Shown piece by piece: positions 21,711-30,463 of a stretch of 64,000 nucleotides of DNA. Numbering within the stretch: position 1 is the first letter of the stretch; each line of letters begins with the position of its first letter. The stretch is from Flavobacteriales bacterium (GTDB lineage Bacteria; Bacteroidota; Bacteroidia; UBA10329): the NCBI GenBank assembly GCA_021739695.1, contig JAIPBM010000023.1, forward strand, positions 1,156 through 65,155. Direction: 5' to 3'. The notes under the pieces are model-generated. The model worked only from the letters and a program-made list of their open reading frames with translations. It was not told the origin of the DNA and ran no database searches. Position numbers and translations under genes: made by a program.

Positions 21711-23747
21711 ATGGCAGAAGAAAAAAAATCAGCAGAAACCACAGAAAACAAGGTTGCTGCAAACGCTGGAGCAGATGCTCCGAAAGCTAAAAAACCACGA
21801 ATTAAGGCAACACCAGTAGCAGAAGAAACTGAGGAATCAGTAGAAGCTGCAGCACCAGTTGCAGAAGTGGAAGTTGTAGCCGAAGTTGAAGCTGCAACTG
21901 AAGAAGTAGCTGAAGTAAAACCAAAGAGAACAGAGCCTCGCAAACCAGCTGAGCGTCCTGCTGACTTTGATTGGAGTGCCATCGGTAAGAAACAAGAAGT
22001 TTATGCTGAGAAGGAACGCGCTGCGTTGGAGGCAATGTATGATGCCACCATCACTTCGTTCAATTCTAATGACGTGCTTGATGGTACGATCATAGAAAAG
22101 ACCAAAAAGGATTTCATCGTAACTATCGGTGGAAAATCTGAAGGTATCGTTCCTTTGAGCGAAACACGATACAACCCTGATTTCGAAGTAGGAAACCCGA
22201 TTGAGGTTTACATTGAGAAAGTAGAGGATAAAGGTGGACAATTGGTATTGTCTCACAGAAAAGCCCGTGCCCTTCGTTCTTGGGACCGAGTTAATAAAGC
22301 CTTGGAAGATGATGAAATCATCAGAGGACAGATCAAATGCAGAACTAAAGGTGGTCTTATTGCCGATGTATTCGGAATTGAGGCATTCCTTCCAGGTTCT
22401 CAGATTGATGTGAAACCTATCCGTGACTACGATGTGTACGTAGGTAAGATCATGGAGTTCAAAGTGGTTAAGATCAATAACGAGTACAAAAACGTTGTTG
22501 TTTCGCATAAAGCGCTTATCCAAGCAGAACTTGAATCTCAGAAGAAAGAGATCATCGGTAAATTGGAGAAAGGACAGATCCTTGAAGGAACTGTTAAGAA
22601 CATCACTTCATACGGTGTATTCATCGATCTTGGAGGTGTTGATGGACTTATCCACATCACCGACCTTTCTTGGGGACGAATCAATCATCCAGAAGAAATC
22701 GTTGAACTTGATCAGAAAATCAATGTGGTTATCCTTGATTTCGATGACGATAAAAAACGAATCGCTCTTGGTCTTAAACAGCTAAGCTCACATCCATGGG
22801 ATGCTCTTGAAAAAGACGTTAACATTGGAGACAAAGTGAAAGGAAAAGTTGTTGTTGTTGCTGATTACGGTGCGTTTGTAGAAGTTGCTCCAGGAGTGGA
22901 AGGACTACTTCACGTTTCTGAAATGAGCTGGTCACAGCACTTGAGAAGCGCTCAGGATTTCCTTAATGTTGGAGACGAGGTTGAATGCGTTGTCCTGACT
23001 CTTGATAAAGAAGATAGGAAAATGTCATTGGGTATCAAACAATTGATGCCAGATCCTTGGACCGACATCGTTACCAAATATCCTATGGGATCGCAGCATA
23101 CTGCTAAAGTTCGCAGCTTTACCAACTTCGGAATTTTTGTTGAGTTGGAAGAAGGAGTTGATGGTTTGATTCATATCTCTGACCTTTCATGGAACAAGAA
23201 AGTGAAGCATCCATCTGAATTCACCAGCATTGATGCTGATATCGAAGTTCAGGTTTTGGAAATCGATGCTGAGAACAGAAGATTGAGCCTTGGACACAAA
23301 CAATTGGAGCAAAATCCATGGGATGTGTTTGAAACGGTCTTCACAATCGATAGCGTTCACCAAGGAACAGTTACCTCTGTAAATGACAAAGGAGCTACCG
23401 TTGCTTTACCTTATGGTGTTGAGGGATTCGTTCCAAAACGTCACATGGCAAAAGAAGATGGTTCTGAAGTGAAATTGGAAGAAGCTGCAGATTTCAAAGT
23501 GATTGAATTCAGCAAAGACAGCAGACGTGTCGTTGTTTCTCATGCCAAGATCCACTCAGATGAGGCATTTGCTTCTCAAGCGGAAGAAGGCGACAAGAAG
23601 AAAGCAGCTGGAAATGCTACAAGCCGCGGAGTTAAGAAAGTACAAGCAAGTCAAGAAAAGACAACACTTGGAGACCTTGACGCTCTTGCAGATCTCAAGT
23701 CTCAACTTGAGAACTCGGAAAAGGCAGCAAAAAAGGCCAAGAAGTAA
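21711..23747 (+). CDS. rpsA: 30S ribosomal protein S1 (with N-terminal acidic low-complexity extension)
   Basis: Six S1 domains (GQILEGTVKNITSYGVFIDLGGVDGLIHITDLSW and others). An N-terminal ~90-aa A/E/V-rich extension of the kind seen in Flavobacteriia RpsA. Confidence 0.9.
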   Translation: MAEEKKSAETTENKVAANAGADAPKAKKPRIKATPVAEETEESVEAAAPVAEVEVVAEVEAATEEVAEVKPKRTEPRKPAERPADFDWSAIGKKQEVYAEKERAALEAMYDATITSFNSNDVLDGTIIEKTKKDFIVTIGGKSEGIVPLSETRYNPDFEVGNPIEVYIEKVEDKGGQLVLSHRKARALRSWDRVNKALEDDEIIRGQIKCRTKGGLIADVFGIEAFLPGSQIDVKPIRDYDVYVGKIMEFKVVKINNEYKNVVVSHKALIQAELESQKKEIIGKLEKGQILEGTVKNITSYGVFIDLGGVDGLIHITDLSWGRINHPEEIVELDQKINVVILDFDDDKKRIALGLKQLSSHPWDALEKDVNIGDKVKGKVVVVADYGAFVEVAPGVEGLLHVSEMSWSQHLRSAQDFLNVGDEVECVVLTLDKEDRKMSLGIKQLMPDPWTDIVTKYPMGSQHTAKVRSFTNFGIFVELEEGVDGLIHISDLSWNKKVKHPSEFTSIDADIEVQVLEIDAENRRLSLGHKQLEQNPWDVFETVFTIDSVHQGTVTSVNDKGATVALPYGVEGFVPKRHMAKEDGSEVKLEEAADFKVIEFSKDSRRVVVSHAKIHSDEAFASQAEEGDKKKAAGNATSRGVKKVQASQEKTTLGDLDALADLKSQLENSEKAAKKAKK

Positions 23748-23754
23748 ATCAAGA

Positions 23755-23785
23755 AAAACCCCGCTAACAGCGGGGTTTTTTTTTA
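23755..23785 (+). terminator. Rho-independent terminator of rpsA
   Basis: ccccgctaacagcgggg hairpin followed by 9 T. Confidence 0.85.
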
Positions 23786-23816
23786 CCTAATATCGAATTA
23801 CATTTGCACGAAATCA

Positions 23817-24368
23817 ATGAGCATTGAGTCGCGCATAATCTTAGATAGCCAACAGCTCAATCTTTCTATTGAAAGAATTTGCTATCAGCTCATCGAGAAC
23901 CACAACGATTTTTCGGACACGGTTTTGGTTGGATTACAACCCAGAGGCGTTTTTGTCGCTCAGCGAATCCACAAAAGATTAGAAGATCTCCTTGGAACCA
24001 AAGTATTGCTTGGTTCATTGGATATCACTTTCAATAGGGACGACCACCGTAGGCACGACCTTCCGCTGATTCCGTCTAAAACCAAAATGGATTTTCTTAT
24101 CGAAGGAAAAAATGTCATTATGATAGATGACGTGCTATTCACTGGAAGGACAATTAGAGCGGGTATGGATGCGATGATGGCATTCGGAAGACCCTCTACG
24201 GTTGAATTAGTAGTTCTGGTTGATAGAAGATTCACTAGGCAACTTCCTATAGAACCTAATTATGTAGGAGCTAGAATTGATACGATTGTTTCCGAAAGGG
24301 TAGAAGTGGCTCTTTTGGAAAGTGGCGGCAACGACACGGTTAAACTTTATTCACCTGAAGCAGAATGA
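23817..24368 (+). CDS. pyrR: bifunctional pyrimidine operon regulator / uracil phosphoribosyltransferase
   Basis: PRTase motif VIMIDDVLFTGRTIRA; 183 aa. Confidence 0.9.
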   Translation: MSIESRIILDSQQLNLSIERICYQLIENHNDFSDTVLVGLQPRGVFVAQRIHKRLEDLLGTKVLLGSLDITFNRDDHRRHDLPLIPSKTKMDFLIEGKNVIMIDDVLFTGRTIRAGMDAMMAFGRPSTVELVVLVDRRFTRQLPIEPNYVGARIDTIVSERVEVALLESGGNDTVKLYSPEAE

Positions 24369-25291
24369 GCGGGTTATCGGTAAAACATCTTCTTGGCATA
24401 AAATACATCACCAAAGAGGATATAGAACTGATTTTTCAAACGGCAGATAATTTCAAGCAGGTCATTAATCGACCTATTAAGAAAGTGCCTTCGCTTCGCG
24501 ATATTACCATCGCTAATCTGTTCTTCGAAAACTCAACTCGAACAAAACTTTCCTTCGAATTAGCTGAAAAGCGTCTGTCTGCAGATGTGATCAATTTTTC
24601 AGCTTCAGCTTCTTCAGTAACGAAAGGAGAAACGCTACTCGATACGGTCAATAATATTTTGGCGATGAAGGTGGATATGGTAGTTATGCGTCATCCATTG
24701 CCTGGTGCTGGTCAGTTTCTTTCAAGAAACATCAATGCGGTCATTGTAAATGCGGGTGATGGAACGCACGAACATCCAACCCAAGGATTGTTGGATGCGT
24801 ATTCCATTCGCGAAAAATATGGTGAGGTAGCTGGCAAAAAAGTCGTGATCGTAGGTGATATTCTTCATTCGCGGGTGGCGTTGTCAAACATTTTCGCCCT
24901 TCAGAAACTTGGAGCAGAGGTTAGGGTCTGTGGTCCTGCCACGCTTATCCCAAAGCACGTGGAGTCTTTAGGTGTGAAATACGAACCGAACCTTATAAAG
25001 GCTTTGGAATGGTGTGATGTCGCCAATATGTTGAGAATTCAGTTGGAACGTCAGGATGTTCAGTATTTCCCAACGTTGAGGGAATATTCGCTTCAATATG
25101 GATTGAACAAGCAATTATTGGATACCTTAAGTAAAAAGATTACGATTATGCATCCTGGCCCTATAAACCGTGGGGTTGAAATAACTTCCGATGTGGCTGA
25201 TAGCGAACAGGCCATTATTTTGCCTCAAGTTGAAAATGGGGTTGCAGTGAGAATGGCAGTTATATACTTGCTGGCTGGAAAAATTGAATAG
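24365..25291 (+). CDS. pyrB: aspartate carbamoyltransferase catalytic subunit
   Basis: STRTKLSFE carbamoyl-phosphate motif and HPxQ region; overlaps pyrR by 4 nt. Confidence 0.9.
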   Translation: MSGLSVKHLLGIKYITKEDIELIFQTADNFKQVINRPIKKVPSLRDITIANLFFENSTRTKLSFELAEKRLSADVINFSASASSVTKGETLLDTVNNILAMKVDMVVMRHPLPGAGQFLSRNINAVIVNAGDGTHEHPTQGLLDAYSIREKYGEVAGKKVVIVGDILHSRVALSNIFALQKLGAEVRVCGPATLIPKHVESLGVKYEPNLIKALEWCDVANMLRIQLERQDVQYFPTLREYSLQYGLNKQLLDTLSKKITIMHPGPINRGVEITSDVADSEQAIILPQVENGVAVRMAVIYLLAGKIE

Positions 25292-25367
25292 AAACGTTTT
25301 TTAGCATATTGAAATAGATCGTAACTTACCGCCTCAATATTTTGATAAATTTGCAGCAAAGCATACC

Positions 25368-25739
25368 ATGAATTTCGAAATAGAAAAGAAAGACAACTAC
25401 GCTGTAGTAAAAGTGAAGGCTGAGAAATTGGATAGTCAGATTTCACCTTCGTTGAAGTCAGAACTGGTGGTTCTGAACGCAGATGAATTCAAGAACATCA
25501 TAATAGACCTTTCTGATACGCGATATTGCGATAGCTCTGGTCTTAGTGCCATCTTGGTTGCAAATAGATTGTGCAAGAATTCAAACGGTTCTTTTGTCCT
25601 TTGTGGACTTCAGCGATCTGTTTCTAAACTTATTTCTATATCTCAATTGGATACCATTTTGAATATAACACCAACGCTTGAGGAGGCAGTGGATCTCTTG
25701 GCTTTGGAATCAATTGAAAAAGACCTTAATGACGAATAA
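25368..25739 (+). CDS. STAS-domain anti-sigma-factor antagonist-like protein
   Basis: SpoIIAA-like: DLSDTRYCDSSGLSAILVANR. Confidence 0.7.
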   Translation: MNFEIEKKDNYAVVKVKAEKLDSQISPSLKSELVVLNADEFKNIIIDLSDTRYCDSSGLSAILVANRLCKNSNGSFVLCGLQRSVSKLISISQLDTILNITPTLEEAVDLLALESIEKDLNDE

Positions 25740-25777
25740 TTTAAATCTAAACTCTAAACAATAATTCAAACAAAATC

Positions 25778-26704
25778 ATGAAAAAAGTTCTACTTACATT
25801 TATTGCTGGTGCACTTTCAATCAGCTTTGCTGGTGCACAATGTACTCCAGATCCAGCCTTGGCTGGCGAATCATTTGGTCTGTTTCCAGATAGCTTGGCT
25901 ACTGTTTACACTTTTCCAGGTGCTGGTGATCAAGTTCGCGTTGTTGATTTGGTTACTTTTGCTGATACCTCATTGCCAAATCCAATTAACCCAGCAGGTG
26001 GAGATATCGTTATCTACATCGATGCTTTCAAAATTGTTGATGTAAGAAACGTTCCTGCAGGAATGACTTACGGAACAAACATTCCTACGAATGACCCATC
26101 TGTCAATGCAACAACATCTCCTTGGGGAATTTGGTACAATGGAGGAACTGTTCCAAATCAAACACTTACTCAAGGTTGTGTTTATATTAACGGTACTGAA
26201 GGACAATGGAGTGCTCTTGCTGCAACTGAAACTTACGGTGCAGGTTCTATGCAAGGTGCTGTTCAATTGGAAATTGATGTTGATGCAAGAATTGCAGCAT
26301 CTAATCCTGACATCAGCGCAATCATCGCAAACGGAGCTTGGTTAAGTTCAGTACCTGCTTCTTTTGGTGGTGGTGTTATTACTGTTGATTCTTACTGGTT
26401 GGTAGCTAAGGAAAGCGGTGTTGGCATTGCTGAAGTTGACGAAAGCAAATTCATGCTTGTTAACAGCTACATTGACAATGCAACTGGAATCACAAACATC
26501 GAGTTCAATGCTCCTTACGACATGAAAGGACTTGAGTTCAACGTTTACAGCGTTCTTGGAAGCAAAGTTCAAAATGTGAAGTTTGACGTTGAAAGAGGAA
26601 TGAATGCTGTTAAATTCAACGGAACTCGTCATGCTGCTGGTCTTTACATCTACACTATTTCTGATGGAAACAGCATGCTTACAAGCAAAATGTACACTAA
26701 CTAA
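25778..26704 (+). CDS. secreted protein with T9SS C-terminal sorting domain
   Basis: Signal peptide plus a C-terminal ~80 aa with the Por_Secre_tail pattern (FNAPYDMKGLEFNVYSVLGSKV...NGTRHAAGLYIYTI). Confidence 0.6.
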   Translation: MKKVLLTFIAGALSISFAGAQCTPDPALAGESFGLFPDSLATVYTFPGAGDQVRVVDLVTFADTSLPNPINPAGGDIVIYIDAFKIVDVRNVPAGMTYGTNIPTNDPSVNATTSPWGIWYNGGTVPNQTLTQGCVYINGTEGQWSALAATETYGAGSMQGAVQLEIDVDARIAASNPDISAIIANGAWLSSVPASFGGGVITVDSYWLVAKESGVGIAEVDESKFMLVNSYIDNATGITNIEFNAPYDMKGLEFNVYSVLGSKVQNVKFDVERGMNAVKFNGTRHAAGLYIYTISDGNSMLTSKMYTN

Positions 26705-26726
26705 GAATTAGTTGGTTTTATGAGAA

Positions 26727-26756
26727 GCCTCGCATCATTGATGCGGGGCTTTTTTA
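26727..26756 (+). terminator. Rho-independent terminator
   Basis: gcctcgcatcattgatgcggggc hairpin followed by TTTTTT. Confidence 0.75.
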
Positions 26757-26848
26757 TGCCATATACCCTCAATCGGGTATTGCTGCTGGGCAATTGGTAG
26801 GATAGATTTGCGTCACTATTTAAAATCAATCTAAATAATAAAAGCCTA

Positions 26849-27994
26849 TTGCAAATCCTTACAAAATCATACCTCGCTGTCTCTTCAATACTCGTTTTCA
26901 TTCTCATCATCACAGCTTCATGTAATCAAAATGAAGAAGGTGAATTAGAAGTTCCATTGACTTACTCCTTTGCGAGAAACGGAGTGTCTACGGTTGATTA
27001 TTCAGGACAGACAGAGCGTTTGGACATGTTGACCATACTGGGTAATTACCTTAAAACTGCTAATACGGTTGGTGCGGCTCCATTGGACGCTGATGTGCTG
27101 AAAGCCATGTTCCGTAATCAGAACGATCCGTTTTCAGGTCAATCATTTGAGAAAGATCTGGTGTCGAAATGTTTTGGGCCTGACACAAGCTTTTTTCTTC
27201 AATTATTTGATGATGTAGCATTAGCAAGTCAATCTAGTACAACCGCATCAAACGGAGTGGCTGGAGTCTTGGTTGATGGAAGTAGTGATCCAAACAGTGG
27301 ATATCGTGTGAATGAAAACGGAATAGAGTACAGGCAAGTGATCATCAAAGGGTTGATGGGAGCTGTTTTCTATTATCAGGCCATGGAAATTTATTTGTCG
27401 GAAGATCGAATGGGAATTGATGGAAATCTGGATTTTGAGACTGGAGAGAATTTTACATCAATGGAGCATTATTTTGATGAAGCCTTCGGTTATTTCGGAA
27501 TTCCAACCGATTACCCTAATCCCGTGACGTTGGAAGATGCCAGATTTTGGGGTGAATACTGTAACACACGTGATGAAGGTCTTTATCCAGGAATTAATAA
27601 TATAATCTCTACCGCTTTCCGAACCGGAAGGGCGGCTATTTCTGCGAAAGATTATGCGGCTCGTGATGAGGCCATTCAAACCCTGATGCAAAAATGGTCG
27701 GTTGTGATTGCCGCATCAGCAGTTGGCTATTTGAATGAAGGCTTGTCTACTTCCGGTACGCCTGTATACAAACGCCACCACGAAATGAGTGAAGCAATAG
27801 GTTTTATGCTTGCGCTTAAGTATCATTTCAATGGGGGAAACTCAAAATATCCACCACATTACACATATTCGCACATTGAAGATGCATTGGCAATTGTTGG
27901 CTTGGAATCCAATTTGTACGAGCTATCCGATGCACAGATTCAAATGGCCATTGACCACATAAAGATGGCATTCCCAACTGGAGAGATCAAATAA
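26849..27994 (+). CDS. DUF4856-like lipoprotein (partner of imelysin/HTTM locus)
   Basis: Lipoprotein signal (ITASC), and a conserved context upstream of an imelysin-family gene. Confidence 0.5.
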   Translation: MQILTKSYLAVSSILVFILIITASCNQNEEGELEVPLTYSFARNGVSTVDYSGQTERLDMLTILGNYLKTANTVGAAPLDADVLKAMFRNQNDPFSGQSFEKDLVSKCFGPDTSFFLQLFDDVALASQSSTTASNGVAGVLVDGSSDPNSGYRVNENGIEYRQVIIKGLMGAVFYYQAMEIYLSEDRMGIDGNLDFETGENFTSMEHYFDEAFGYFGIPTDYPNPVTLEDARFWGEYCNTRDEGLYPGINNIISTAFRTGRAAISAKDYAARDEAIQTLMQKWSVVIAASAVGYLNEGLSTSGTPVYKRHHEMSEAIGFMLALKYHFNGGNSKYPPHYTYSHIEDALAIVGLESNLYELSDAQIQMAIDHIKMAFPTGEIK

Positions 27995-27995
27995 T

Positions 27996-29114
27996 ATGAA
28001 ACGAATATTTATTGTGCTAAGCACTTTCCTTATCATTTCTACAGGCTGTAATCAGAAAGATGATCTGATTAATTGCGATTTTGATCAAGAAGCCATGTTG
28101 ACCAATTATGCGGACAACATCATCATTCCGCGCTTTGAGAATCTTAATCTTGGGCTTGCTTTTCTGCATTCCTCTGTGCTCGCTTTTAAAGCAAATCCGA
28201 CCGCTGGATTATTGGTTGAAATCCGAGTATCATTCGGAGCGGCTTATTTAGCATATCAGGATTGTAGCCCATTTGGATTTGGACCTGCCTTGATAAATGG
28301 GGTCTCGTTCCGAGAGCGGTTCAATACGTTCCCAACGAATGTTGCCGCAATTGAAGCAAATATCAGCAGCGGATCTACGGTTTTAGCGGGTTCAAAATCT
28401 GCTGTTGGATTTCCAGCCATTGAATATTTGATCTTCGGGGATGGCACGATGACCGAACAGCAACTTTTGGAAGCTTTCACAACTGGATTGAATGCTGACG
28501 CTCGAATGGCTTATCTAGAAGATTTGGCCACTGAAATGAAGAACACGGGCGCAACCATTAGTGAACATTGGGATTCATCGCGATCTGCGTTCATTTCCAA
28601 CACTGGTGCTGCTGAAGGAAGCTCGATTTCACTGCTGGTCAACGATCTGAACTTTGATTTCGAGACGCTGAAGAACTTTAAGTTCAAGATTCCCTTAGGT
28701 AAGTTCAACGGTGGAGCTATTTTGCCAGAAACCGTAGAAGGTTATTATGCTGGTGGATCCATCCAACTGGCACAACGACAATTGCTTGGAATGCGTGAAA
28801 TGTTTCTAGGAATTGGAAGCAATGGTGCTGATGAACTTGGGTTATATGAGTTCACGGAATGCGTAAAACCTTTAACCAATGATGAGCAACAACAAGGAAT
28901 TGTTTCGTTGGCTGATGAGATCAAAGATCAATTCTTTTCTATTGGAGATGCAATGGATTTAGTTCCAGATCCAATGTCTGAAACGCTTGTTTCTGATAAA
29001 CCGATTGTAGATGCTGTTTATTTACAACTACAGATGATGACTCCCTTGATCAAAAATGAAATGACATCTGCGATGGGAGTTCAGATCAATTATCAAGACA
29101 ATGACGGGGATTGA
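27996..29114 (+). CDS. imelysin-family (peptidase M75-like) lipoprotein
   Basis: Lipoprotein signal (ISTGC); the fold-family call rests on sequence resemblance only. Confidence 0.55.
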   Translation: MKRIFIVLSTFLIISTGCNQKDDLINCDFDQEAMLTNYADNIIIPRFENLNLGLAFLHSSVLAFKANPTAGLLVEIRVSFGAAYLAYQDCSPFGFGPALINGVSFRERFNTFPTNVAAIEANISSGSTVLAGSKSAVGFPAIEYLIFGDGTMTEQQLLEAFTTGLNADARMAYLEDLATEMKNTGATISEHWDSSRSAFISNTGAAEGSSISLLVNDLNFDFETLKNFKFKIPLGKFNGGAILPETVEGYYAGGSIQLAQRQLLGMREMFLGIGSNGADELGLYEFTECVKPLTNDEQQQGIVSLADEIKDQFFSIGDAMDLVPDPMSETLVSDKPIVDAVYLQLQMMTPLIKNEMTSAMGVQINYQDNDGD

Positions 29115-30463
29115 TGTCCTCCATCTTTAAGCATACACAACAGCTATTGAACCGTGAAGTGAGCATTGCGCCACTTGTCACGGTTCGCTTGCTTTTTGGG
29201 TTGATGATGTTCTTCGGAACTGTCAGATTCATCAGCAAAGATTGGGTCGATCAACTGTATGTTCAGCCACATTATTTCTTCCATTATTACGGATTTGATT
29301 GGGTCAAGCCGCTTCCCGAAAACGGGATGTATTTCGTGTTCGGCTCAATGGCAATCCTCGCCCTTTTTGTGGCAGCGGGTTTTCTTTATCGCATCAGTTC
29401 GCTGCTTTTCTTTATGCTATTCACTTACGCGGAATTGATCGATGTGACCAATTACCTGAATCACTACTATTTCATCAGCATATTCTCTTTTCTGATGGCA
29501 TTGGTTCCTGCCCATCGCAGGTTTTCGGTAGATGGGTATCTGTGGCCAAAGATCAAGCGAGAAAGCATTCCGTTTTGGGTGATCGGTGCATTACGGTTTC
29601 AACTCGGAATCGTTTACTTTTTTGCAGGCGTTGCCAAACTGAATTTCGATTGGCTGTTCCGTGCCGAACCGCTTAGAACATGGTTTTTACCATTTACACA
29701 GTTACCGATTTTTGGTAAAATGTTCGGATACAGATTTACTGCGTTCATTTTTAGTTGGGCTGGGGCGTTGTATGACCTATCCGTTCCGTTTTTACTTTCT
29801 ATGCGCAAGACTTTGCCATTTGCTTACGCAGCCGTGATTGGATTTCACATTATCACGTGGCTCATGTTTCCTATCGGCATGTTTCCGTGGGTGATGATCG
29901 TGTTGACGTGGGTTTTCTTCCCGATTCCATTCCACGAAAAACTGATTACAAAACTGGAGTCGTTTTTTCCGAAGGGAGGCGTTCAGACAGCAGCATGGAA
30001 ACCCAGACTTGTCCAGCCGCTTGTTGTGTTTCTGGTTGTGCATTTCACCATTCAACTACTCGTGCCATTTCGTTATTTGCTTTATCCCGGTGAACTGTTT
30101 TGGACGGAACAGGGATTTCGATTTTCGTGGCGCGTTATGCTGATGGAAAAGTCTGGAAGTGCGCAGTTCTACGTTTCTGAACCTAAAACTGGTAGAACTT
30201 GGGACATCTACAATCCGCATTACCTTACACCGGTTCAGGAAAAGCAGATGAGCACACAGCCAGATCTCATCTTACAATATGCTCAGATTCTGGAAAGTGA
30301 GTTTCAATCCATTGGAGTAGTAGATCCTGTGGTAACGGCTGATATTTTTGTGAGCGTGAATGGGAAGCGGAGTAAGCGATACATCAGCAATAAAATTGAC
30401 CTAACTAAACTGAAGGATGGTTGGGCGCACAAAACCTGGATTTTAGACAATGAATCAGATTAG
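29111..30463 (+). CDS. HTTM-domain (vitamin-K-dependent gamma-carboxylase-like) integral membrane protein
   Basis: RLLFGLMMFFGTVRFISKDWVDQLY...FSVDGYLWPK is characteristic of the HTTM domain. 450 aa, multi-TM. Confidence 0.7.
   Translation: MMSSIFKHTQQLLNREVSIAPLVTVRLLFGLMMFFGTVRFISKDWVDQLYVQPHYFFHYYGFDWVKPLPENGMYFVFGSMAILALFVAAGFLYRISSLLFFMLFTYAELIDVTNYLNHYYFISIFSFLMALVPAHRRFSVDGYLWPKIKRESIPFWVIGALRFQLGIVYFFAGVAKLNFDWLFRAEPLRTWFLPFTQLPIFGKMFGYRFTAFIFSWAGALYDLSVPFLLSMRKTLPFAYAAVIGFHIITWLMFPIGMFPWVMIVLTWVFFPIPFHEKLITKLESFFPKGGVQTAAWKPRLVQPLVVFLVVHFTIQLLVPFRYLLYPGELFWTEQGFRFSWRVMLMEKSGSAQFYVSEPKTGRTWDIYNPHYLTPVQEKQMSTQPDLILQYAQILESEFQSIGVVDPVVTADIFVSVNGKRSKRYISNKIDLTKLKDGWAHKTWILDNESD

Noticed and set aside
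21449-22523. Long minus-strand ORFs (177 and 228 aa) overlapping the start of rpsA
   Set aside because: They are antisense to a highly conserved ribosomal protein gene. One is low-complexity Ala/Ser/Thr-rich and mirrors the GAA/GCT-rich sense strand. No independent signals.
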